Under the pieces are notes generated by a model. The model was not told the origin of the DNA. It did no database searches and worked only from the letters and a program-made list of their open reading frames with translations. The position numbers and the translations under genes are program-made. Positions 1 through 9,986 of a DNA stretch of 20,000 bases are shown here, piece after piece (within the stretch, counting starts at the first letter, position 1; each line of letters begins with the position of its first letter). The stretch is from Chromera velia (Eukaryota): positions 118,614 through 138,613 of the forward strand of contig JAHBMJ010000002.1 in assembly GCA_018398765.1 (NCBI GenBank), read 5' to 3'.

Positions 1-50
1 TGAATTCATCAACTCTCTTCTCTCTCTTTCCCTTGACCGCACATTTGCAG

Positions 51-1984
51 ATTCTGGCCCCCTACGCCACCGACTTGAAGCGTCCCGTGTTTGGCAACAG
101 GGACACCGGAATCTGGTACATGGAGAGTGAGGATTCTGTGACCGTGCAGTGGGAGAGAATGAAGCTCGGCTACTTCTCTTCCACCGTCATGACCTTCCAG
201 GTGGTCATTCACAAAGACGGCACTATCAGATTCTTCTATAAACAAATGGACGGAACTGACCAAGTCTGCCTCTCTGACTCCTGCAGCGACAAGCCCTTCA
301 TCGGCCTTGCTGTCGAGTCTGACCACACAAAGGACATCGTCTTTGAACCCACCGCCTCCTTCCCTGCAGAGTTCATGGCTTTCTCCTTCCAGCCCTCAGC
401 CCCCGCAGGCGCCCTTGAGGTTGTCTTCTCTTCCTCTTCCGGCACCGTCTCACCCGCCTCCTCTGAATCCTCCGCCGTCCAGTCCACCGCATCCGACGAT
501 CCTTGCCCCTTCTGCCCCTTCCTCCCGGGAGGAGGCATCTTCCGTGGCAACGGCTCCGCCCCCTTCATTCCCGGTGGTGGCATCTTCAGAAACGAATCTT
601 CCTGGTCTCCCTTCCTTCCCGGTGGGGGTGTGTTCAGATCCGAAGAGGAATTCAACCTCCTCTTCGTGCCCCAGGGAGGTGTGTTCAGATCCGATGCATC
701 CACAGGCAACGCATGGGACCTTATGGCATTCAACCCTGCTGGGGGTGTCTTTAGAAACGGCACCTACCCCACTCCCTTCCTTCCCGGTGGGGGTGTGTTC
801 CGATTTATGCCCGGAGGAGGTTTGTTCAGATCGAACGCGTCCGAAGTGTTCATTCCCGGTGGTGGTATCTTCAGACAGGAGGACGGGTCGACGGTCTTCA
901 TCCCTCCTGGAGGATTGTTCAGATCCAATGACAGCACTCCCTTCATCCCAGGGGGAGGTCTCTTCAGAGGATCCAACGATTCTACTCCCTTCATTCCTGG
1001 AGGTCTGTTCAGATCCAATAACTCCACTCCCTTTATCCCCGGTGGACTTTTCAGAAACGATTCTGGCACCATCCCCTTTATCCCTGGTGGTCTGTTCCGT
1101 GGCAACGAGTCCATTCCCTTCATTCCCGGAGGTCTCTTCAGATCCTCCAACGACTCTTCCCCCTTCCTTCCTCCCGGAGGTATCTTCAGAAGCCTTCCCG
1201 GAGTGTACACCTTCTCCCCCAACGGCATCTTCAGAAATGAAGAGAACGGATCCGGCCCCTCGGTGTTCATCCCTCAGGGCGCCTTCAGAGGACTCAGTGG
1301 AGAGGAAGTCAACGAATTCCTTCCCGTCGGTGTGTTCAGAAACGCCTCTTCTGATCCCTTTGTGCCTATCGGCATCTTCAGAGGCTTCGGAGATCAGGGA
1401 GAAGAGCAGTTCGTCCCCTTCGGATTCATCGTCACCCCTGTCGGGTACACCCCTGTGGGTGTGTTCAGAACTGACGGCGCCAACGGACCCTTCGTCCCTG
1501 TCGCTCTCTTCAGAGACCAGGGCACTGCCGGAGCTGCCCCCTTCCTTCCCGCCGGAATCTTCAGAGAGTCCAACGGCGTTCCTGAAGAGTTCATCCCCAT
1601 CGGACTCTTCAGAGATGCCTCCTCTGACGGACCCTATATCCCTGCAGGGCTCTTCAGATCTTCTATGGACCTTGCTCTTGCCAATTTCCCCTATCTCCCT
1701 GTGGGCATCTTCAGAGAGACCCTCGAGGCCTCTCCGTTCCTTCCGATGGGAGTCTTCAGAACAGAGGGAGACTTTTCTTGGCCCTTTGTGCCGTTGGGAC
1801 TCTTCAGAGGCAACGAGACCGGAGACTTCTCTCCCTTCATGCCCACCGGTGTGTTCAGAGAGGAGACTGCTGAGACATTCATCTGGCCCTTCCTCCCCGG
1901 CGGGGGCGTTTTCAGAGACGAGACTGCAGGGACCGTGTCTGGACCCGAGTTCTTTCCCTTCATCCCCGGCACAGGCCTCTTCAG
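51..1984 (+). CDS. Internal exon of a large, probably extracellular protein: NIDO/PLXDC-like domain, first half of an Ig-like domain, then 30 FxPxGxFR repeats. The gene starts upstream of the window.
   Basis: Polypyrimidine tract and TTTGCAG acceptor end at 50. The frame is open and reads ILAPYATDL...VTVQWERM...TFQVVIHKDGTIRFFYKQM, which resembles the 'IAP..D...VQW...TFQ..L..DG.I.F.Y' pattern of NIDO-like domains (recognised by eye). Donor AG|GTACGG at 1985. The ORF-track tail after 1984 is intronic. Confidence 0.85.
516..1984 (+). repeat. Coding tandem array of 30 units (plus one degenerate unit) with core (P)F[ILVM]P[G/x](G)G[ILV]FR and variable spacers
   Basis: Counted from the translation: 30 units end in FR. 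Most FR ends are encoded TTC AGA. Confidence 0.95.
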
Positions 1985-2199
1985 GTACGGCGATCAGTCT
2001 CACAGTGCATGCATGAATGCATGGATGCACGAACATGTTGCCAGTCAAAGAAGCACTACTTTCAAACGACTAGATCGTTTCCCTATCCATAAAATGAAGT
2101 GCTTACCCCCGTGGCTAACAGCAACGTCCTTTTATTGCCTTTACCCCTTAATTCCCTCCTCCTGTCTTCCTTCTGTGTTTCAACCCCCCCTGCATGCAG
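1985..2199 (+). other. Spliceosomal intron, phase 2 (GT...AG)
   Basis: GTACGG donor, pyrimidine-rich 3' part, TGCATGCAG acceptor. Splicing restores AG|G (Arg) and joins ...GTGLFR to SETAAPGQ... in frame. Confidence 0.85.
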
Positions 2200-2737
2200 G
2201 TCCGAGACTGCCGCCCCCGGTCAGGCTCTCGTGAAGGCCTCCCTGAAGCTCCCTGCTGGGGGTTCCACCGGGTCCGTCTACAGAGGCAAGATCGTCCTCA
2301 GAACCTCCGACCCCTCCGTGCCTGTCGTGGAGGTCCCCGTGGAGATCAAACAGGCTGAGGTGCCTGACATGCCCACCACAACTACCACCACCACGACCAC
2401 CACCACCACCCCCGGTGCCTCTACCACTACCACTACTACCACCACAACTGCAGCAGCAGGCGACGCTGTGATCCCCTCCAGCCCCCTGCTTCAGTTCGAG
2501 CGCATCCCCGGTGCCGCCATCAAGGGACACAACCAGGAGGTTGCAGTGACAGCCGACGTGGAGGCCTGTGCTTCTGAGTGCCTGGCTCGGTCCTGGTGCA
2601 AGTCCTTCGACTGGGAGGTGCTCAAGAACGAGTGCAAGATGTCGATGCAGGACAGGTACTCTGTGGGGGAGGGTGGGTTCATCGAGCTTGCTCACGGATG
2701 GGTGGACTATTATGGCAGATACAGAGAGGCTCGTTAA
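2200..2737 (+). CDS. Probable terminal exon: second half of an Ig-like domain, Thr-rich stalk and C-terminal PAN/Apple domain
   Basis: VYRGKIVLRTSDPSVPVVEVPVEI matches an Ig-like 'Y.G.I...SDP..P...VPV' motif. Poly-Thr follows. FERIPGAAIKGHN...EACASECLARSWCKSFDW...NECKMS...WVDYY has the PAN C-x3-C-x5-C-x-SF...C signature. TAA at 2735-2737. Confidence 0.85.
2374..2448 (+). repeat. (ACN)n repeats encoding a mucin-like poly-Thr linker
   Basis: ACC/ACT/ACA runs translate to two Thr tracts separated by PGAS. Confidence 0.9.
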
Positions 2738-3919
2738 AGGAAAGTCAAAGAGGGGTTGGAGAAACACGAAGAGAGAAGGGAGGAAGGAGAAGCAGCGAGG
2801 GCATCTGAGCATTCTCAGCTCCTGTTCCTGCCGTCCCTTTAGAGAGCAGAGAGAGACCCCACATGCACACATTCACAGAGAGTAGTGAGAGAGAAGACGT
2901 TCCCCGACTGCGAAAAACGCGAGTCGGAGAATGAATAGATGAGAGAGTCTCGTGAAAAGACGAAAGAGAATCATTCACTTGAATTCCTGCCTGTTTGCTC
3001 AGACAGCAGAATGAGCGATCAATCAAATTTTTCCCCGGAAAGGGTTTCCTTCCTTCCACCCGCCTTTCCGGTGTGTGAATGAGGGTGTAGAGAAGAGAAG
3101 AGAGAGCCGAGCGTGCGAAGGATTTTGGCTGATGCAGCCAATCGAGTTTCCTTCATGCATGCAGTCAGGTGTGTTTGTCTACCGGGTTCTTGATTTGGTT
3201 TTTCGTTCACATTTTCTGTTGTATTGTTGCACTGTTTGAACAGAAGAGTTGAATGAAGTCTTGGCTCCCTTGTCTTGTCTATCACACATTCTTGTAGAAG
3301 CAGTAACTGTCAGAAGCCCTGCCATGTTGCGTCCGCATGGCGAGAGAGAAACGGGGAAAGAAACCTCGGAGGGCATTGTGGAACGAAAGCAGTGACTTTT
3401 GCCGTTATTTTCCGTGTAAATGAAGTCTCTATTAAGTCGATACGCGCGGTCTGACCATGCTTGGTACAGTGCAGGGCTTGCGAGCAAAAGCCGCGGCCTC
3501 TGTCCGTGCCTCGTTCATGTCCCAAGAGAGCGAAAAAAAAACGAATCGATGCTCAAAGAGAGAGGCTTTGTCAGAACGACAAAACTTGTGTGTCTGTGTA
3601 TTTGCATGATAATGCGTGTCATGCATGCAACTTTTGCTGTGCGCGCGCAGTTGTGCATGCTAACAACGGAGGAAGTGGTCACACGGCCTTCGTGTGCAAG
3701 ATGTGTGCCTGCATGACGAAGTGTAATCTTTTACAGAGGAAGAAATCACTGCTGATTCACTGCATTCAGGATACAGTGGGTTTACGGACATGCAGCATCT
3801 GTGTTGTGATGGTTTTGCATGGTCAGCCTGCTTGTAAATAAAGCTTTGATCGAATGCGGCTTCCAACTATCTGCATGGCGGCTGGTAAAGATCAAAGAAG
3901 TACACAAGCAGACGCTTTG

Positions 3920-4846
3920 TTAATTTACCTATATGTGGCCAACTAAGCGATATTATGCCTCCAAAATTATTCTTATCGGCAATACTACTGCTATAAATGA
4001 TAGCTAGCAGGATAGCATGTTATTGTAAAAAAAAAAGTTTGTCAAAGATTTTTTTTCTTCTCCAAAACAACGCACTGTTGTTAATTTAGCTGTTAATTGC
4101 ACGGGTTTTACACAAGTGCATGTTATAAGGCACATGTTGCAGACCCTTAAAAAAAAAAAAGAAGAATGTATGTATCTCACTTTTTAGTAACTGTGATAAT
4201 TAAAAAAGTAAGACCCTAAGAGATTATTCCTAAATTATTCAGCTAGTCATTTAGAGCTAGATTCAGAGATTACTGCACTGTTTGCGGAGGCGACCTCTAA
4301 AAATCTTTAAAAGATCTAGTATAAAAAATTAAATCTAGGATTAAACACTAAAAGTTTAAACACTGTAATATAATCAGTAGTTTAGCGGTAAGGGAGCTCA
4401 TATAATTCCAAGGCATTAAGGTAATTACACTAGACTAGTCGATTCCTCGCTCTGTTCCTGTTGCAAGTAAGTCTCTTCATGTAGAACGCTACCGCACTTC
4501 AATTCTAGTAGGCTCGACTCTCAAAGTGCACACGCGCGGATAATGCTAAGACAGAACGAGCGCGGTCTGGCCCGGCGCAGCCCGATCCAACGCTGACGAA
4601 TGGCGGCAAGCCGGCGGCACAAGCGTTCCCGTCACAAACACTGCTTTTAGAAAATTAACTAAAATTAAGCTAAAAATTAAGGAACATATCAAATGATTAT
4701 TTATACTCGATTTTTTAGTTATAAACTGTCGCCATTCATGCTGGCTTACTATATAGTATATCTAGTATTACATAGGTTTATGTCATACATGTGTGACGAA
4801 CATATACTACTACTATGATATACGACTACTGATACAGAGTCCCCCA
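3920..4846. other. AT/TpA-rich segment, possibly a hypermutated repeat remnant
   Basis: Abrupt compositional shift with abundant TA and scarce TG. No ORF. Confidence 0.5.
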
Positions 4847-5183
4847 GGGGGGGGGGNNNNNNNNNNNNNNNNNNNNNNNNNNNNNNNNNNNNNNNNNNNN
4901 NNNNNNNNNNNNNNNNNNNNNNNNNNNNNNNNNNNNNNNNNNNNNNNNNNNNNNNNNNNNNNNNNNNNNNNNNNNNNNNNNNNNNNNNNNNNNNNNNNNN
5001 NNNNNNNNNNNNNNNNNNNNNNNNNNNNNNNNNNNNNNNNNNNNNNNNNNNNNNNNNNNNNNNNNNNNNNNNNNNNNNNNNNNNNNNNNNNNNNNNNNNN
5101 NNNNNNNNNNNNNNNNNNNNNNNNNNNNNNNNNNNNNNNNNNNNNNNNNNNNNNNNNNNNNNNNNNNNGGGGGGGGGGGGGGG
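4847..5183. other. Assembly gap (N run about 4857-5168) flanked on both sides by G homopolymers
   Basis: Directly visible. Confidence 0.95.
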
Positions 5184-5716
5184 CTTTAACATCGCACACT
5201 CCGGAGTGAACTTCTGTAAAAGAACAGCTAATCCTTTTTTCGTGCTTTAATTTAGCCTTTAAACCATGCGTTAATTAAATACGTGTGGTCCATAATGTGG
5301 ATGGTGTTTTGATCTTCTTCGCGGATATATGTCGACGTATGGATTGTCTTTCCAGTTTGCCTCTGTGAAACTCCCTCACCAGCTCTCTCAGCCGTCAATC
5401 ACACTTACACCCTCGCATGGAGAAGGGTGCACGGGTTTTCATGCAGCAAATTCAGAAGAAAAAAAAATTCAACGGCCCATCATGTTCAACATACACTCAA
5501 GCAGAGCACAGGCTGCACAGAATATGAAATGCTGTCCAAGCAAAGAGAAACACAGGGAATGATAGCGAGGAGCAAGGAAACCGGTCGTAAGGCTCAGCCT
5601 TAGGAAAAAAGGGAGGCACAAACTGACAAGACAGTTCCGAAGAAACAAAGCACAGGAATTGACGTTCAAGGGTTGACATTTGACTCACAACTTGGGTAGC
5701 GCCAGGAAGGAGACAT

Positions 5717-7195
5717 TCATACAGGGGTAAAGTGTAATTCAAACAAAGATCGAAACGTCATGGTCGTCTTCATCATGGACTTGCGGAAGTCATTCACGAA
5801 TGGATAGACAGATGAAAGAAAGGCAAATCTTGAATTCAGAACTCGAAGAAATTCAAGCACAGGCGAATCTGCTGGCTGATGGTCCTCGGCAACGTTAAGT
5901 GCCGTCCCTACCCCCCTTTCCCCAGCGCCTATGTCAACCCCAATGGAAACCAAACGCCGTGCAATACGCAGCTTTTTTGCGAAAAGATGTCGTTCGTTCT
6001 CTTTTGAATCGAGGACGAATGCAACGTAGTGAAGCGCAGTACGCGCAACATTGTCTACTGCAAGGGGGTGAGCACCTCTCGCCAACAAAAGATTGAAGAC
6101 ATTCAGGGTGCCGTTCCCAGCTGCAACATGAATGACTGTGCGACCCTCTTTATCCCTTGCATGAATATCAGCCCCGCGAGAAATGAGCAACTCTGCAATG
6201 TCTCTGAAATCTCTGCTAGAATCTCTGAGATGCCCCCAATCAATACGAGCAGTACAAAACAGCGGAGTCTGTCCATACTGGTCCCTCTCGTTCACTCTTG
6301 CCCCGCGGTTAAGAAGCAATTGCACCACGTCTTTTCGGCCAAACCTTACTGCTGCAAAGAGAGCGGTATGACCGAATGCGCCCGTGGCATGCACGTTGGC
6401 ACCCTGCGAGACAAGAAAATGGACCAGATCTACTGAACCCAATGCGGCGGCAAAATGGAGCGGTGTGACCCCCTTTTCACTGCTTGCCTCTAACTCTGCG
6501 CCGCTGCACACGAGGTACTTTGCAACTTCAGATCTGCCCTTCTTGTAAGCGACATAGAGGGCCCTCATCCCTCCTGAAACCTAAAACTCCAGCGCTGCCC
6601 CCGCCCCTACAAGAATCTTGACTGCCTCCAGACTTCCAAAGTTGATTGCTCTAATCAACGCTGTCTCTTGAACTTTTTCTATGACTCCTGCCTGTGACTC
6701 ACCCTGGGGCACCTCCACGACAGCGTCCACTGCCGCCCCAACCTTCAGGAGAAGCTCGAGGTCTTCCCTCTTCTGCCTCTCCCCTGTATTCATGAAGGCA
6801 TCGAGAGCCTGAGGCAGGGTCTCGCCCGTGACTGTCTGGAAGTAGGGGATCACTTTGCGCATTGCGAGGGTAAAAAGCGGCTCCACATCCATCCTGTAGT
6901 ACAAACTCAGGAGTGTATTCAACTCTATCCTCACACCCCTCCTCATATCCTCTATCAGTTTTGTAAGTCGGTGAAGAGCAGCCGCCTCCGTCGGAAGCAG
7001 CACAGAAGGCGTTTTGTCATGGAGAAGGTCTGGAGAGGAGACATCTCTTTTGGGCGGGTCGGAAAACTTGACAGCACCCAGGAGATCGTCCATATTCTCC
7101 ACCAGACCCGCAACCTCCCTGAGGCTCTCAGCAAGAGTCCTCAGCCCTTTGCGGACAGGCATAAGACTCGCGGCTGTTCTTTCCCTTCGCACCAT
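5717..7195 (-). pseudogene. Ankyrin-repeat protein (about 8 repeats, helical N-terminal region) interrupted by one in-frame TAG at 6581-6583
   Basis: ORFs 6581..7345 and 5717..6568 share a frame. Repeats begin ETALIRA, MRALYVA, VTPLHFA, HTALFAA, QTPLFCT, RTVIHVA, RTALHYV and GTALNVA. Counting the TAG as a codon gives an exact 33-aa repeat. Likely ATG at 7195, just after an acceptor-like TTTTTTGAATCAG. The 3' end is uncertain. Confidence 0.85.
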
Positions 7196-7449
7196 CGGGG
7201 TGACACACTGATTCAAAAAATTAAGTAGGAGAAGAGAGACGGTTTTTTTCTGACGGAAACGATCGAATGAGAGCAACGGACTCAGAAAGCCCAGAATCGA
7301 CCAACGCTCAGTAAACCTTACACGCAAATGCCAAACTAATGACAAACAGCATTTTTCACGACCAGGTCACTGCAAGCAGCGTCCTCCAGAAGTTTTCTGA
7401 ATTTTTCTGACAGCTTTAATGGCTGGAGAGAAGAGAAAGCATCTGCAAT

Positions 7450-7640
7450 TGTAATGGGCCGGGCTCTCGCGCGCGGCCCCGAGAGCTCCTGCGATGGCGC
7501 GCCGCCGCATGCACTAGCTCACGCATGTACTCACTTGACTCCGCGCGCGCAATGCGCGCGAACTGACTTGTACGTACGTATATCCCTGGTATCGGTGCAT
7601 GTATTGGTCGCCTTCGGCGTGCGATCGAGTCGTTTCCGAT
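7450..7640. promoter_or_regulatory. Possible divergent promoter region
   Basis: GC-rich patch with GCGCGC, GCATGC and TGCATG motifs. It lies between the 5' end of the minus-strand ankyrin gene and plus-strand donor-like sites (GTGAGT near 7705). Confidence 0.3.
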
Positions 7641-8836
7641 CGAATTAAGCCGGCTTCCGTTTGTCATCCTTCACACTCGCTGTCTTTCTCTTATCCTTCG
7701 TCGTGGTGAGTGTTCTGCTCTCAGTTTGCTTTGCACGGCCAGGCGCAGCCAGGTGACCTGGCTTCGCAAGCGCGCTTGACAGGGTGACTCAACAACTGTT
7801 GTTCTGGTCAAGCTTCGAGCCATTTTTCTTCATTCCTTCTCGTTACGTTCTTCCTACATTTCTGTCGTGAGGTTGTTCGACAAGAGCAAAGGGCAAGGGT
7901 GAAGGGTGGCAGTAGGCCCAGTGACAGTCACACTGACACACAGCCTGTGACATTCTACCAGTCGCGCTGCTGCATTGAAAACGATCTGACTGTCAAGGCG
8001 ACGCACTTTGTAAGTCAGATTGTTTACATTAGGATGGATTCTCGTAAGTCTGCTTCAAGTCTGCTTGGTAGAGGCGAGGAGCGGCAGCAGCTTTCAATGA
8101 ACAACAGATGTCTTGATTGAGCGCACGGAGCAGTCATCATCACGTCACACACGCTTGATGACTGTCCATGAGCTTTGTCATGCACTCCTGATCTTCGAAG
8201 CCCGGTTCCTTCTTGAATGTCTGTGAGGAATGCAACTGCTGTGCGCTTTGTTGCTGCGCGTCATGAACTCTGTTGGATTCTGTTGGTAGTACGGCTGGTT
8301 GAGAGGGATGACAAGTCGCTCATGCACCCTGCCCTGGGGATGCTGTTGGCTACTGCGGTCGTTTTGTTTCACGTGGGTTCAGGTTCTCCGTGGTCGTCCG
8401 TTGGGCTGTTGGTTGGTCGTTGCAATCTTCCATATGGAGGTTCTCTGCTTGCCCTCTTTATCGGTCTCCGTTCGCTCCCAGCGTTTGATGACGGTGTCCG
8501 TCTTCTAATGTATATCCACGCAGTGTTGCCCCTTCCTTTCCTCCTTGCCTATCCTCTCCCCTCTCTCCAGCCCTTTTTGTCATGCATTTCTTTCTTCCTG
8601 TTCCCAAGTGTTCGTTTACTGATGTGTGTGCTATTTCCTCTTTTGTTTGCAGTAGTGTTGGATGTTCGTGGGGGTGCGGGAGGGTGTGGTATCTTTGTGC
8701 ACTCCTTGTCACTCCTTTATGGGTGTCCTCCCAACTGGGTACCCAAAGAAAAACCCGTCTGTACCTCTGGTCGCGTTGAGCTTTGGGTCTGGTGATCCAA
8801 CTGTGCGTCTGCCCACCTTTACGTTTGAGTAATCTG

Positions 8837-8872
<36 letters not shown>

Positions 8873-9149
8873 ATTGTGTCCATGAAGAAAAGAAGGGAGA
8901 AGAAGAAACATATAGTCTGTCTGTCCGTCTGTCCCATTTTGTCTGTTATGTTCATCAAGAAAAGGAGGGAAAGAAAAAAGGCAGTCTGTCTACTTGCGCG
9001 ATTGGCTCCTGAATCAACAGAGGCATCCTACGGAAGCGATAAGGAACAAATGTTTTGAGTTTTTTTCTTTTTGCTCCTCTTACTCGCCCCTCAACCGTCT
9101 TCTCCTTCATCCTCTCTGCGCTCTCTCCCTCTTGTGTCGCTGCGTGCAG

Positions 9150-9903
9150 GCAGAATCGGGTCAATCAATTGCATTGACAGGAGTGCATGCGTGAAGTACG
9201 ACTCGTGGACACATCCGGCACAATTGAAGAGGTCAGTGGACTTGCCTTGTGGTTGGACAGCAAAGAAGTGTTTTTGCTTCTGCTGAATTGTTCGTTTGTT
9301 TGCTTGTTTGTTTGTTCTCTCGAGAGTCGTTTAGACGTCTGTATTTTTATGTCAGTATGGGCTTTGAGTCTGTTTGTCAAAGACTTCAGCGTTATTTCAC
9401 GAAACGGTACTGGCGGAAGGGCTTCTTGTTTTGTTTCTCGTGAAAGAAGATCAGACTGCCTGCCGATCGATCCATCGATCGATCGATTGATTCTGTTTTC
9501 CCAAGAAAAGAAAAGCCATATTCAATACCTTTTGAGAAGGCCTTCTTTCATTCATTCTGGTGGCTTAGTCTGTGCGTCTCTACGTCTCTTCTGTTCTGTT
9601 CCTTTCCTTTCCTTTCTTTTCTTTTTTTTGTTTGTCAGTCCTTGAGTGTACCTGTCTCTCTGCCTCTCTGTGGAAGTAGGGGGAACAAAAAAGGAATGGT
9701 CTGTCTGTGCATCCATCTGTGTCTCTGTCTGTCTCTCTGTCTGTTTGTCTTTTCCTCCGGTTGCTCATTGAAGGCTTGATTTGTTGGTTTCGAGATTGGA
9801 TGAAGAGACAAAGAAGACTAGCAAAGAAGAAAGACAAAGATCAGTCTGTGGACCGTTGCGTCCGTTCTCTTTCGAGATTGATAACACAAAGAGTCACTCT
9901 CAC

Positions 9904-9939
<36 letters not shown>

Positions 9940-9946
9940 GTCTGTC

Positions 9947-9986
<40 letters not shown>

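Noticed and set aside
307..2048. Long alternative-frame and antisense ORFs (569 aa plus, 532 aa minus) over the repeat exon
   Set aside because: Shadow ORFs of a repetitive, TA-poor coding exon. Only the 33-frame has domain motifs and splices in frame.
4749..5209. ORFs spanning the N gap
   Set aside because: Artefacts of undetermined bases.
4081..5440. Short shared words around the gap (TTAATTTAGC, TGCACGGGTTTT) as possible transposon ends
   Set aside because: Direct rather than inverted, short and AT-rich. No target-site duplication was found.
8217..8795. 192-aa hydrophobic ORF as a membrane protein
   Set aside because: No recognisable motif. The hydrophobicity follows from T-rich, intron-like composition.
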